Shown here: positions 46,954 to 56,998 of the stretch, in pieces | Layout of the letters: each line of letters starts with the position of its first letter | Numbering within the stretch: position 1 is the stretch's first letter | Assembly (NCBI GenBank): GCA_015233115.1 | Contig: JADFYJ010000011.1 | Span: forward strand, 17,824-81,823 | Reading direction: 5' to 3' | DNA from: Candidatus Omnitrophota bacterium | GTDB lineage: Bacteria > Omnitrophota > Gorgyraeia > Zapsychrales > Zapsychraceae | Length of the DNA stretch: 64,000 nt | Notes under the pieces: model-generated | Told to the model about the DNA's origin: nothing | What the model saw: only the letters and a program-made list of their open reading frames with translations | Databases searched by the model: none | Made by a program: the position numbers and the translations under genes

Positions 46954-49059
46954 ATGAGTATATCACGTATGGAAATCCCGTTCGGCGGGAAAACCATTAT
47001 TGTTGAAACTGGCAAAGTGGCTAAACAGGCAACGAGTTCTGTTTTTCTGACTTGCGGCGGTACGACAATTTTGGTGGCGATTTGTATGGCGAAGAAACCG
47101 TCAGCGGGAAGTGATTTTTTTCCCATGGCTGTTGAATATCAGGAAAAAGCGTACGCGGCAGGAAAGATCCCGGGAGGATTTTTCAAACGCGAAGGCCGTC
47201 CAACCCAGAAAGAAATTCTTTCTGCCCGTTTAGTTGACCGTCCGATCCGTCCGTTATTTCCGGAAGGATTTTTAAATGAAGTTATTATTTCTTGCAACGT
47301 GCTTAGCAGCGACGGAGAAAATGATCCGGATGTGTTAGCTATTTTAGGAACATCAGTCGCTTTGCATATATCAGAAATTCCTTTTGAGGGCCCGGTTGGC
47401 GCGATCCGCGTTTGTAAAGTGGACGGACAATTAGTGGTTAATCCGGTTTATGCAGACCGAGACAAGAGTCCTTTCGAATTAGTGGTGGTCAGCACGGACA
47501 AAGGCATTGTCATGATTGAAGGCGAAGCTAAAGAAGTGCCGGAAGCTGAGATCCTGGAAGGATTACGTTTCGCGCATGAACAAGTGCAGGTTTTGGTTGA
47601 AGCACAGAATAAATTCCGCAAACAATGCGGTAAAGAAAAAGCTGACGTTGAATTGTTCCAGCCTCATCCTGATTTGAAAAAGAAGATTCATGATATGGCT
47701 TTAGGGCCGATTCAGGAAGCTTATAAGATCAATGACAAAATCGCGCGTGAACAGGCTGTCATCGCTGTAGCAGACGATGTTTTAAAGAATCTGGAAGCTT
47801 TCCAGGAATTCAAGATTAATGACCGCGAAGTGACGGAAGGTCAGATCAAGATGATCATGGAGGCTGTCGAATATGCCGCAGTCCGTGAAGCAGTTTTTGA
47901 AAAACAAAAACGTGCTGATGGCCGTGGGCTTAAAGAAATCCGGGATATTTCCGGGGAGATCGGTGTATTACCCCGCACTCATGGGTCAAGTATATTCACC
48001 CGTGGTCAAACCCAGAGCTTGGCTGTTGTGACGCTGGGCACCAAACGCGATGAGCAGATGGTTGAAGGCTTACAAGGCGTGGAATACAATGATTTTATGC
48101 TGCACTATAATTTTCCTCCCTTTAGCGTAGGTGAAGCTAAAATGAGCCGCGGCCCTGGCCGTCGGGAGATTGGACACGGCGCTTTAGCCGCTAAATCGAT
48201 TAAAGGTGTTTTACCAACTAAAGAAGTATTTCCTTATACAATCCGTATTGTTTCGGAAATTTTGGAATCCAATGGTTCATCATCTATGGCGAGCGTTTGC
48301 GCTGGTTGTTTAAGTTTGATGGATGCTGGTGTTCCGATTAAAAGTCCGGTCGCGGGTATTTCCATTGGTTTGATCATGGGAGAAAAAGGAAAATATTCTT
48401 TGTTGACCGACATCATGGGATTGGAAGATCATTTTGGGGATATGGATTTTAAAGTCGCGGGTTCAGCCGAAGGTGTGACCGCCATCCAATTAGACCTCAA
48501 GATCAAAGGTGTCAGCGTTGAGCTGTTAACAGCCGCGGTGGCTCAATCACGTGAAGCCCGGATGTTTATTCTGGAAAAAATGAGCAAGATTATTAAAGCT
48601 CCTAAAGGCGATATTAGTGAATTTGCTCCGCGTATTTTGATCACGTCAGTTCCGCAGGATAAAATCGGCGAAGTGATCGGACCCGGAGGAAAAACCATTA
48701 AACGTATCATCGAAGAAACAGGTATTGAAACCATTGATATCGATGATGACGGTAGTGTGCATATCGTAAGTATGACAAAAGAAAGCGGCGAGAAAGCTTT
48801 AGCTTTCATCCGCGGTATGTCAGAACTACCTGAAGTCGGCAAAATTTACGACGCGAGAGTCGTGAAAGTGGCTAATTTTGGCGCATTCTGCGAGTTTATG
48901 CCTGGCCGTCAAGGTTTAGTGCATGTGTCAGAATTCTCGAAAACGTTTGTTAAGGATATCGAATCTTTGGTTAAGGTGGGCGATACCTTTAAAGTGAAAC
49001 TAACCGAGATTGACAAAATGAATAGAATGAACTTAAGCAAAAAACAAGCTGAAGAATAA
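46954..49059 (+). CDS. pnp: polyribonucleotide nucleotidyltransferase (PNPase)
   Basis: 701 aa with two RNase PH domains followed by KH and S1 domains. Confidence 0.93.
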   Translation: MSISRMEIPFGGKTIIVETGKVAKQATSSVFLTCGGTTILVAICMAKKPSAGSDFFPMAVEYQEKAYAAGKIPGGFFKREGRPTQKEILSARLVDRPIRPLFPEGFLNEVIISCNVLSSDGENDPDVLAILGTSVALHISEIPFEGPVGAIRVCKVDGQLVVNPVYADRDKSPFELVVVSTDKGIVMIEGEAKEVPEAEILEGLRFAHEQVQVLVEAQNKFRKQCGKEKADVELFQPHPDLKKKIHDMALGPIQEAYKINDKIAREQAVIAVADDVLKNLEAFQEFKINDREVTEGQIKMIMEAVEYAAVREAVFEKQKRADGRGLKEIRDISGEIGVLPRTHGSSIFTRGQTQSLAVVTLGTKRDEQMVEGLQGVEYNDFMLHYNFPPFSVGEAKMSRGPGRREIGHGALAAKSIKGVLPTKEVFPYTIRIVSEILESNGSSSMASVCAGCLSLMDAGVPIKSPVAGISIGLIMGEKGKYSLLTDIMGLEDHFGDMDFKVAGSAEGVTAIQLDLKIKGVSVELLTAAVAQSREARMFILEKMSKIIKAPKGDISEFAPRILITSVPQDKIGEVIGPGGKTIKRIIEETGIETIDIDDDGSVHIVSMTKESGEKALAFIRGMSELPEVGKIYDARVVKVANFGAFCEFMPGRQGLVHVSEFSKTFVKDIESLVKVGDTFKVKLTEIDKMNRMNLSKKQAEE

Positions 49060-49088
49060 TTATAAGGTGTCTGATCTCGTAAAATAAA

Positions 49089-49168
49089 TTGGTGGTTGGT
49101 GGTTTTTAGTTGTTGGTTGTTGAATATTTCGTTTTATCCAAAAACCATAAACCAAAAACTATCAACCG
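49089..49168. repeat. inverted pair of TGGTTTT-family heptamer arrays (49089-49122 and 49138-49168) downstream of pnp
   Basis: The left arm is ttggtggttggtggtttttagttgttggttgttg. The right arm is ccaaaaaccataaaccaaaaactatcaaccgtc. Confidence 0.8.
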
Positions 49169-49209
49169 TCAATAATTTCACAGTCGAGATCTGACACCAT
49201 TTTTTTATT

Positions 49210-51480
49210 ATGAAAGAAGAACACCTCAACGAAATCAAGGCCGTTGCCATTTTGGCCGTCAGCGTAATTATTTTCGCCAGTCTTTTTTCATACACTCCTG
49301 ACGACTTGATTTGGTATACTTCAACGCCTAATATTCCAGCGCATAATCTGGTTAATATTACCGGCGCGTATTTGGCCGGAATTTTGTTTTTCGCTTTTGG
49401 GTATACTTCGTATTTTTTCGGATTTTATCTCCTCTACATCAGTTGGAATAAATTTTGTTCCCGCAAAATCAGATTTTCCCTGGCTAAAATCATCAGCTTG
49501 ATCGTCTTATGCTGCGTCATAAGCAGTTTTTTTGCCTTGAGCAAAGAGCGGATCGCGAGTGACGCTTTTCAACGCGGCGGCTTTATCGGCATGATGACGG
49601 CCAGATTTTTAATGAATTATTTCGGATTTGGTGCTTATGTGATTTTGTTGACCCTGGGCGTGCTATCTTTAATTTTGACGGGAGAATTTTTAGTCACGCC
49701 GTTTTTCCAAAAAGTGTCCGCTGAAATGGGGAACGTCTTTGCGTCGCTGAAAGAAAAAATGCAAAACACGGAGAAGCCCCAAAAGGCTGACAAAGCTGGC
49801 ATTCCCGAAAAACAAAGTGAAAAACCCAAAATTGATTTGGCGGCGCAGATTCAAAAGAAATTTGAAAATGAAGGCGCGGGAAATGTCCGTCCTTTGAAAG
49901 AGGATAAAACCAAAACACCAAATCCGCCGGCGGATGTGAAAACGAAGAACGAAAAATCTGAGCAGTTAAATATAAAAATTGTTGAAAACAAGCGTGACGC
50001 GGTTGCAGAAAAAGAAGCAAAGACGCCTAAAGTTTATGGGACATATCGTTTGCCTCCGTTGGATCTTCTCGAAAGCGCACCGCAAATTCCGAATAGTAAA
50101 ATTCAAAGTGACATTGTGGACGGCGCGAAAACTTTGGAAACATCTTTGGCGAATTTTGGGGTTAACGCGAAAGTGGTCGATGTGGAGAGAGGCCCCGCCA
50201 TAACGCGCTATGAATTAGAACCAGCGCCGGGCGTAAAAGTGCAGAAATTCACGGCTTTAGCGGACGATATCGCTTTGGTCATGAAAGTGGCAGCCGTGCG
50301 TGTGGTTGCGCCGATTCCCGGAAAAAACCGGGTCGGGATCGAAGTTCCGAATACGACCACCGCATCTGTTTTCCTTAAAGATGTTTTAATGACTAAAGAG
50401 TTTCAAAACGCGAAATCAAAATTGACGATTGCGTTAGGAAAGGATTTAGGCGGCCAGCCGATTGTTGCGGATTTAGCAACTATGCCGCATTTGTTGATCG
50501 CGGGTACGACTGGATCAGGTAAAAGCGTTTGCGTGAACGGAATTGTCATGTCGATTTTGTGTAATGCTACGCCGGATGAGGTAAAATTTGTCATGGTTGA
50601 TCCGAAGATGGTGGAAATGGCTATATATAACGAAGTGCCCCATATGTTGTGTCCGACGGTGACGGATACAAAAAAAGCGGGTAATGTTCTCAATTGGGTC
50701 GTGGGCGAAATGGAAAGCCGGTATAAAAAATTAGCCAAGGATAATGTAAAAAATATTCTGCAATATAATGAAAAACCCGGAAACCATATGCATTATATTG
50801 TGCTGATTGTCGATGAATTAGCGGATTTGATGATGGTGTCAGCCAAGACCGTGGAAAGTTCAATTACCCGTATAGCTCAGCTGGCGCGGGCGGTCGGCAT
50901 CCATGTCATTTTGGCCACTCAACGTCCATCCGTCGATGTTATTACCGGGGTCATTAAAGCGAATTTTCCAGCGAGAATTTCTTTTAAAGTCGCGTCGAAA
51001 GTCGATTCCCGCACAGTTTTAGACATGAACGGTGCTGAAGCCTTGTTAGGCCGGGGTGATATGTTATTTATTAAACCTGGGGACGCGAAACCGGTTCGCG
51101 GACAAGGCAACTATGTCAAAGATGAAGAGATCCGCAAGGTCATTGATTATATTAAACCCCAGCGAGCTCCGGAATTTGATGAGACGATTTTGACTCAGCA
51201 GAAAAGCGCGTCGGCCGGTGATGGCGAAGCTAAAGATGAATATTTTGATGAGGCGGTTAAACTGGTCATGGAAACCAATCAGGCGTCAGTTTCAATTTTA
51301 CAGCGCCGGATGAAATTGGGTTATACGAGAGCGGCACGCTTGATTGACATGATGGAACAGGAGGGAGTAGTTGGCCCTTATTGCGGCAGTAAACCGCGCG
51401 ACATTCTGGTGGACCGGGAACAGTGGCTTTTAGATCATATGAACCCTAATTCTGATTTAGAAATAAAAGAATTAGGGTAG
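49210..51480 (+). CDS. ftsK: DNA translocase FtsK
   Basis: It has N-terminal TM helices and a low-complexity linker. The C-terminal motor has Walker A (GTTGSGKS) and a gamma domain. Confidence 0.9.
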   Translation: MKEEHLNEIKAVAILAVSVIIFASLFSYTPDDLIWYTSTPNIPAHNLVNITGAYLAGILFFAFGYTSYFFGFYLLYISWNKFCSRKIRFSLAKIISLIVLCCVISSFFALSKERIASDAFQRGGFIGMMTARFLMNYFGFGAYVILLTLGVLSLILTGEFLVTPFFQKVSAEMGNVFASLKEKMQNTEKPQKADKAGIPEKQSEKPKIDLAAQIQKKFENEGAGNVRPLKEDKTKTPNPPADVKTKNEKSEQLNIKIVENKRDAVAEKEAKTPKVYGTYRLPPLDLLESAPQIPNSKIQSDIVDGAKTLETSLANFGVNAKVVDVERGPAITRYELEPAPGVKVQKFTALADDIALVMKVAAVRVVAPIPGKNRVGIEVPNTTTASVFLKDVLMTKEFQNAKSKLTIALGKDLGGQPIVADLATMPHLLIAGTTGSGKSVCVNGIVMSILCNATPDEVKFVMVDPKMVEMAIYNEVPHMLCPTVTDTKKAGNVLNWVVGEMESRYKKLAKDNVKNILQYNEKPGNHMHYIVLIVDELADLMMVSAKTVESSITRIAQLARAVGIHVILATQRPSVDVITGVIKANFPARISFKVASKVDSRTVLDMNGAEALLGRGDMLFIKPGDAKPVRGQGNYVKDEEIRKVIDYIKPQRAPEFDETILTQQKSASAGDGEAKDEYFDEAVKLVMETNQASVSILQRRMKLGYTRAARLIDMMEQEGVVGPYCGSKPRDILVDREQWLLDHMNPNSDLEIKELG

Positions 51481-51486
51481 TATTTC

Positions 51487-51618
51487 GTACATAGTATGTG
51501 GTATGTGGTATGTAGTATGTAGTGAATTTTTCACCTATTGGGTGGAATAATTATTACATTTTTAAGAAATGATTTTTTAAAAACATTGAGCTACATACGA
51601 CATGCGACATACGACGCA
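51487..51618. repeat. inverted pair of GTATGTR heptamer arrays (51487-51524 and 51590-51618)
   Basis: The left arm is gtacatagtatgtggtatgtggtatgtagtatgtagtg. The right arm is ctacatacgacatgcgacatacgacgcac. Confidence 0.8.
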
Positions 51619-51691
51619 CTCCCAATTACGAATATTAATTCGGAATTGGGTATGAATATTTCAACGGAAACAGACGGACAAGAGAACGATA

Positions 51692-52555
51692 ATGCCTGAC
51701 GAAGTAATAAAATCATCTGATGAAAATGACAAAGCTTTGGGACAATTCTTGAAGAAATCCCGCTTGACCAAAGGGGTGACTTTAGATACTGTCCAGGAAG
51801 CGACGAAAATTCCTTTGGATATTTTAAAGGCCATTGAAGAGGGATACAAAACCCGCGCTGTCTCGCCTTTTTATTTCCGTCAATTTTATAAAATGTACGC
51901 GAAATATTTAAATGAAGATATTTCCAGTTTTATGCCTACAGAAGAACGAAAACCGATTCCGAAAATGGATCATAAGGTTGATGATGAATTTAATTTAAAA
52001 TCATGGATGTCGGATGGAACCAAACGGGAACTGATCAAATTGGCTTTAATCGGCCTGGGCGCTATCATCGGCCTGGTTTTTATTTTTAAATTTTTAATGT
52101 ATGTGGGCCATATGATCACGCAGCATAAGCCGGCCGCGAAAGTTGAAATGGTCAGAGAGCCGCGCAGGGTTCCGGTTCAAGAGGAGACTTCGAAAGAAAA
52201 ACATTTGGCCGCCGCGGAAAAGCTGCGGTTAGCTGAAGAAGGTGAAGAAAAACATGTCAGTAAGAAAAAAGCCGCTCCTCAACAAAGCAATATTATGAAA
52301 AATATCACGCTGGTGGTACGGGCCAAACAAAAGGCCTGGCTCGAAGCTAAAGTTGATGGATCTGTGGTTTATCAAGGTAACCTGCGTTTGGGCGGAACAG
52401 CAGCTTGGGTGGCGGATGACAAAATTGAAATTTCCGGAAATATCAGTTCCCTGGATTTTGAATTTAATGGCAATAAAGTAGGCCCTCTCAGCCGTGAAGA
52501 ACGCAAAGCCAAAAAAGTCGTAGTGACCAGGGAAGGATTGTCAGTAACGAAATAA
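51692..52555 (+). CDS. RodZ-like protein (XRE-type HTH, TM helix, C-terminal DUF4115-like domain)
   Basis: It has an N-terminal HTH (LGQFLKKSRLTKGVTLDTVQEATKIPLDILKAIEEG), a single TM helix, a charged linker and a conserved C-terminal domain. Confidence 0.5.
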   Translation: MPDEVIKSSDENDKALGQFLKKSRLTKGVTLDTVQEATKIPLDILKAIEEGYKTRAVSPFYFRQFYKMYAKYLNEDISSFMPTEERKPIPKMDHKVDDEFNLKSWMSDGTKRELIKLALIGLGAIIGLVFIFKFLMYVGHMITQHKPAAKVEMVREPRRVPVQEETSKEKHLAAAEKLRLAEEGEEKHVSKKKAAPQQSNIMKNITLVVRAKQKAWLEAKVDGSVVYQGNLRLGGTAAWVADDKIEISGNISSLDFEFNGNKVGPLSREERKAKKVVVTREGLSVTK

Positions 52556-52561
52556 TATAAG

Positions 52562-52734
52562 GTCAGAAGTCAGAAGTCAGAAGTCAGAAGAAAAAATCAA
52601 AAAAATTAAAATATAATAATATTATTTTTATATGGAAATGAACTGCAATCTTTCGGCATAAAAAGCAAAAAACATCGCTTTTCCAACAATCGTTTTTTGT
52701 TTAACTTCTGACCTTCTGACGTCTGACTTCTGAC
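52562..52734. repeat. inverted pair of GTCAGAA heptamer arrays (52562-52590 and 52704-52734) bracketing the rimO upstream region
   Basis: The left arm is gtcagaagtcagaagtcagaagtcagaag. The right arm is acttctgaccttctgacgtctgacttctgac. Confidence 0.85.
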
Positions 52735-52743
52735 ATTTTAATT

Positions 52744-54039
52744 ATGATTTCCAAAATCTATCAAGACACAATTCAACGTACTGAAAAAGTCGGGTTGATC
52801 AACTTGGGCTGTGCCCGTAATTTGGTTGATGGCCAGACGATATTAGGCGGATTGAAAAAAGCCGGTTATCAGATCGTTGAACCGGATGCGGCTGATGTCG
52901 TTATCATTAATACCTGCGGTTTTATTCAAGACGCTAAGCAAGAATCGATTGATACGATTTTAGACGTTCTGGAATTAAAGAAACAGGGCAAAGTGAAAAA
53001 AGTAATTGTGGCCGGGTGTCTTACGGAACGGTATAAAAATGAATTGGCTGAAGAATTTAAGGGTGAAGTCGATGCTTTTGTTGGCGTACAACAGTTGAAT
53101 GAAACCGATTTTATGGATCAGATGTTATTAACGCCGGATTATTCCGCGTATGTAAAAATTTGTGAGAGCTGCTATAACCTTTGCCATTTTTGTATCATTC
53201 CTAAGATTAAGGGAAAATTTATGTCCCGTTCCATGGAGGATATTGTCCAAGAAGTGCGAAATCTGGATCAAAAGGGTGTTAAAGAGATCAATGTGATCGG
53301 CCAGGACATTACCGCGTACGGCATGGATCTTTACGGCCAAAAGAAATTGGCTGAATTGTTAATCCAAATTGACAAAGCCTGTCCAAATATCCGGTGGATT
53401 CGGCTGCTTTACACGTATCCTTCACACATTACCGACGAGCTTTTAAATGTCATGGCAGAACATAAGAGGGTTTGTAAATATATTGATCTTCCTTTACAGC
53501 ATGTCAGTGATAAAATACTAAAGAATATGAACCGTAAGATTACGCGTCAGGAAACGGAAGATTTGGTTAGAAAGATTCGGGCTAAGGTTCCACACGCGGT
53601 GATCCGTACCACATTTATTGTGGGTTTACCCGGCGAGACTGAACAGGAATTTAACGAGTTGTGCGCTTTTGTGAAAGAATTTAAATTCGAACGGATGGGC
53701 GTATTTGCATATTCTCCCGAAGAAGGAACGACTGCGTATGATATGCCGGAACAGGTTCCGGATGAGGTTAAAACCCAACGTTTGGATAAGCTGATGGCTT
53801 TGCAGCAGGATATTTCTAAAGAAGTAATGCGGCAATTTGTCGGCCAGACAGTGGAAGTGCTCATTGAAGAACCGCAAGACCAAGAGGGAAAATTTTATTT
53901 AGGCCGCAGCCCATATGATGCGCCTGAAGTGGATGGTAATGTTCACGTGTATTCGACAAAAGCTTTAAAACCCGGGGATTTTGTTACAGTGCGTATTACT
54001 GACGCGACGGAATATGATTTAGCGGGAGAAACGGCATGA
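52744..54039 (+). CDS. rimO: ribosomal protein S12 methylthiotransferase RimO (MiaB-family radical SAM)
   Basis: It has the N-terminal MTTase domain (GLINLGCARNLVDGQ), the radical SAM motif CYNLCHFC and a C-terminal TRAM domain. Confidence 0.75.
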   Translation: MISKIYQDTIQRTEKVGLINLGCARNLVDGQTILGGLKKAGYQIVEPDAADVVIINTCGFIQDAKQESIDTILDVLELKKQGKVKKVIVAGCLTERYKNELAEEFKGEVDAFVGVQQLNETDFMDQMLLTPDYSAYVKICESCYNLCHFCIIPKIKGKFMSRSMEDIVQEVRNLDQKGVKEINVIGQDITAYGMDLYGQKKLAELLIQIDKACPNIRWIRLLYTYPSHITDELLNVMAEHKRVCKYIDLPLQHVSDKILKNMNRKITRQETEDLVRKIRAKVPHAVIRTTFIVGLPGETEQEFNELCAFVKEFKFERMGVFAYSPEEGTTAYDMPEQVPDEVKTQRLDKLMALQQDISKEVMRQFVGQTVEVLIEEPQDQEGKFYLGRSPYDAPEVDGNVHVYSTKALKPGDFVTVRITDATEYDLAGETA

Positions 54040-54617
54040 ATTTACCAAATATTTTAACCCTTTTGCGTTTTTTTTTGACGGGCATATTTATTTTCTTTGC
54101 CTGTCAAAATAGTTTGTCGTCAGCTTTTTTTGCTTTATTAGCGTTTAGCGCGGCTGCGCTGACAGATTATTTTGACGGGTATTACGCGCGGAAACATAAT
54201 CTGATTACTGATTTTGGAAAATTAATGGACCCGATCGCGGATAAATTTTTAATGCTTTCGGCATTCGGCATTTTCGCGGTTCAACAAATTTTTCCAATGT
54301 GGATGTTTGTGGTCATTGCCATCCGGGAGATTGGGATTACGGTATGGCGCATTATCGCGGCACACCGGGGCATTACGTTAGCCGCGGAAAAAACCGGAAA
54401 AATTAAAACAGTCTGTCAGATTGCGGTCGCGATATTTATTTTATTTGTGCATATTCTTGTCAGGGCAGGGATGTTCCCTCAAAGAAACGCGGATTTAATG
54501 GCGGTCTTGATATGTTTGATTTGGGTTTGGATGGGTCTGGTGGTTGTTTTGACTGTATGGTCGGGGGCGGAAGTTTTGAGGAAGTCAAATGAAAAAGTCG
54601 TAGGGGCGATCACCTGA
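54036..54617 (+). CDS. pgsA: CDP-diacylglycerol--glycerol-3-phosphate 3-phosphatidyltransferase
   Basis: It carries the CDP-alcohol phosphatidyltransferase motif (DYFDGYYARK...GKLMDPIADK). ATGA overlap with rimO. Confidence 0.8.
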   Translation: MNLPNILTLLRFFLTGIFIFFACQNSLSSAFFALLAFSAAALTDYFDGYYARKHNLITDFGKLMDPIADKFLMLSAFGIFAVQQIFPMWMFVVIAIREIGITVWRIIAAHRGITLAAEKTGKIKTVCQIAVAIFILFVHILVRAGMFPQRNADLMAVLICLIWVWMGLVVVLTVWSGAEVLRKSNEKVVGAIT

Positions 54618-54644
54618 TCGCCCGTAACAAAATTATCGCTTTTA
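54600..54644 (+). repeat. REP-like hairpin-terminator element, direct copy (loop variant CACC)
   Basis: The sequence gtaggggcgatcacctgatcgcccgtaacaaaattatcgctttt. Confidence 0.8.
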
Positions 54645-54678
54645 AAGTGTTTACTTGGTTACTTGGTTACTTTAAATT

Positions 54679-54800
54679 GCGCGCGGTAGGGCGGTTTGCA
54701 TTTAAACCAAATCCTTCGCTCAAACAACCTTGGCGAAGCGCCAAGGAAACTCGCTCTGGGATTCGGTTTAAACACAAACCTTGTGTTTGGGCACGCGGTT
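54679..54800 (+). repeat. structured element of about 122 nt, copy 3
   Basis: The sequence gcgcgcggtagggcggtttgcatttaaaccaaatccttcgctcaaacaaccttggcgaagcgccaagg...gggcacgcggtt. Confidence 0.8.
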
Positions 54801-54847
54801 AGAGGTTTGATTAGTTTATAACATTCATGTTAGGATAAAATAAAGCT

Positions 54848-55303
54848 ATGCCAGATAAACTTATTCGATTAATTTCTACTTTTTTTTATACAGGATATTT
54901 TCCAGTCGGGTCCGGGACATTTGCCAGTTTTATCGCTATGCTGCTGGCTTTATCTTTGAGCAGTCATTTGATTGCATATGTCGCGGTTGGTACAATATTC
55001 ACCATTTTAGGATTCGTTTACAGCGGGCGCATGGAATTTCTCGAGGGAAAAAAAGATCCGGGGTGTGTGGTCATTGATGAAGTGGCTGGCATATTCTTGA
55101 CATTTTTTTTGTTACCGTTAAAATATCCAGTAATTATTACCGCGTTTTTCTTATTTCGGGCTATGGATATGTTTAAATTATATCCGGCCAATAAATTTGA
55201 GCAGTTAGGCGGAGGATTAGGCATCATGATGGATGACGTCTTCGCCGGGTTTTATGCTAATATAGTCATGCAGATTGCCATTCGTTTGGCGCATATAAAT
55301 TAA
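54848..55303 (+). CDS. pgpA: phosphatidylglycerophosphatase A
   Basis: The N-terminus LISTFFYTGYFPVGSGTFASF is typical of PgpA. Confidence 0.8.
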   Translation: MPDKLIRLISTFFYTGYFPVGSGTFASFIAMLLALSLSSHLIAYVAVGTIFTILGFVYSGRMEFLEGKKDPGCVVIDEVAGIFLTFFLLPLKYPVIITAFFLFRAMDMFKLYPANKFEQLGGGLGIMMDDVFAGFYANIVMQIAIRLAHIN

Positions 55304-55314
55304 AGGAGAATAAA

Positions 55315-56088
55315 ATGAAAACTTCAAATCCGGTTTTTTCAGAGAAAGCTTTAGAGCGCGCAGCGTCTTTTACAGACAGTCAACCCATGACGGTTCAAGG
55401 CACGGTGAACAAAACTTTTGTTCTTTTGGCCCTTTTGTCCGCGGCCGCGATTTTTGTTTGGCAAAAGGCTATGGCTTTGGTCGTGCCTGGACAGACATTG
55501 GCATATTCCACGGCTGTATCATCTGTAGGGCTTTATGTTATGGGTGGTGCTATTGCTGGATTTGTTCTGGGTTTGATCACAATGTTCAAGACCACCTGGG
55601 CTAAAGTAACGGTTCCGTTGTATGCTGTGGCTGAAGGTTTATTTCTCGGCGGACTTTCCGCGATTTTTGAACTGCAATATCCCGGAATTGTTTTAAATGC
55701 TGTGGGACTAACTTTCGCGACTTTATTATGTTTGCTGACTGCTTACCGGACTGGCATGGTCAAAGTGACGGACAAATTCCGCGCCGGAATTGTCGCGGCT
55801 ACTGGCGCGATCTGTGTGGTGTATTTGATTAGTTGGATTGCGAGTTTTTTTCATGCGCAGATTCCGGGAATTTTTGGCCATGGTGCAGTTGGTATTGGTT
55901 TTAGTTTAGTCGTCGTCGTGATCGCCGCTTTAAATTTAGTTTTGGACTTTGATTTTATTGAACGCGGAGCAGAACAAGGCATGCCGCAATACATGGAATG
56001 GTACGGTGCTTTTGGTTTAATGGTGACCTTGGTTTGGCTCTATCTGGAAATTTTAAGATTGTTAGCGAAATTAAGAAGTCGTGATTAA
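55315..56088 (+). CDS. Bax inhibitor-1/YccA family membrane protein
   Basis: It has 7 TM helices and a BI-1-like C-terminal region. Confidence 0.65.
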   Translation: MKTSNPVFSEKALERAASFTDSQPMTVQGTVNKTFVLLALLSAAAIFVWQKAMALVVPGQTLAYSTAVSSVGLYVMGGAIAGFVLGLITMFKTTWAKVTVPLYAVAEGLFLGGLSAIFELQYPGIVLNAVGLTFATLLCLLTAYRTGMVKVTDKFRAGIVAATGAICVVYLISWIASFFHAQIPGIFGHGAVGIGFSLVVVVIAALNLVLDFDFIERGAEQGMPQYMEWYGAFGLMVTLVWLYLEILRLLAKLRSRD

Positions 56089-56095
56089 GAGAAAA

Positions 56096-56137
56096 AGTAC
56101 AAAGTAGAGAGTACAAAGTAGAGAGTACAGAGTAGAG
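56096..56137. repeat. three tandem copies of a 14-mer (AGTACAAAGTAGAG)
   Basis: The sequence agtacaaagtagagagtacaaagtagagagtacagagtagag. Confidence 0.75.
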
Positions 56138-56207
56138 TTTAGATGATAGGGAAAAATTATAAGCTAGATAATAACGACCCGGCAGGAAAATTCCAGCCGG
56201 GTTTTTT

Positions 56208-56672
56208 CTATAAGAATTCTTTTAAAAGTACAAGTGCCTGTTTCGCTGCTTGTTTTTTGATTTCCAAGCGGCTTCCTTTAAACTTACATTTCAGGCAAAG
56301 TGTGCCATAATCCATGGATAGGGCGATAAAGGTGAGTCCAACAGGTTTGGTTTTTGTGCCTCCGGTTGGTCCAGCGATACCGGTTATGGCTAAACCAAAG
56401 TCTGTTTTAAATAGATTTCTGACGTTTTGGGCCATGATAGTCGCGGTTTCTTCGCTGACTGCGCCGTGTTTTTTAATGATTTTAACTGGCACTTTCAGGA
56501 TTTTGATTTTGGCTTCATTGCTGTAAGCAATAATAGAGCATTTTAAAAAAGCAGAACTGCCCGAAATATTGGTCAAAAGATTCGTGACCAATCCTCCGGT
56601 ACAGGACTCCGCCAGACTTAAGGTTTTTTTCGTATCTATAAGAATTTCAGCAACTTTTCGATCTAAGAACAT
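56208..56672 (-). CDS. CinA C-terminal domain protein (PncC-type nicotinamide-nucleotide amidohydrolase)
   Basis: It carries the motif LSLAESCTGGLVTNLLTNISGSS. Confidence 0.8.
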   Translation of the reverse strand: MFLDRKVAEILIDTKKTLSLAESCTGGLVTNLLTNISGSSAFLKCSIIAYSNEAKIKILKVPVKIIKKHGAVSEETATIMAQNVRNLFKTDFGLAITGIAGPTGGTKTKPVGLTFIALSMDYGTLCLKCKFKGSRLEIKKQAAKQALVLLKEFL

Positions 56673-56758
56673 GAAGCTATTATATGAAGGGACAAAAGCC
56701 TTGACAAGGGCTAATATTTAAAATATATTACAACATCATTTTAGAAATAAGCTTATAA

Positions 56759-56971
56759 GTGTATGTAGTATATGGCATGTAGTATGTAGTGAAAAAATTT
56801 AAAAATGCCAAATCAAAAATGATAGGATTAAGTCGCGATCCGTATTAAGGTAGAACAAATAAAAAAACTAAAACATTACAAGTGATTGCAAATCGCAATT
56901 ATATTGCTTTTGGTTTTTTATTATAAATTTTCGCTTTTACTACATACAACATACTACGGGCTACATACTAA
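56759..56971. repeat. inverted pair of GTATGTR heptamer arrays (56759-56791 and 56938-56971) enclosing the ribBA promoter region
   Basis: The left arm is gtgtatgtagtatatggcatgtagtatgtagtg. The right arm is tttactacatacaacatactacgggctacatacta. Confidence 0.8.
56876..56904 (+). promoter_or_regulatory. candidate ribBA promoter (TTACAA, 17-nt spacer, TTATAT) with the embedded palindrome ATTGCAAATCGCAAT
   Basis: The palindrome at 56885-56899 overlaps the promoter spacer. No FMN riboswitch is recognisable here. Confidence 0.4.
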
Positions 56972-56998
56972 CAAAATTTATTAATTAGTGAGGGAAAA

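Noticed and set aside
56700-56998. An expected FMN (RFN) riboswitch upstream of ribBA.
   Set aside because: I looked for the conserved RFN blocks (the GGATAG / GGTGAAATTCC / CCGACGGT / AGTCCGGATG-like segments) and found none. The region is instead filled by the heptamer inverted pair and a palindromic operator-like site.
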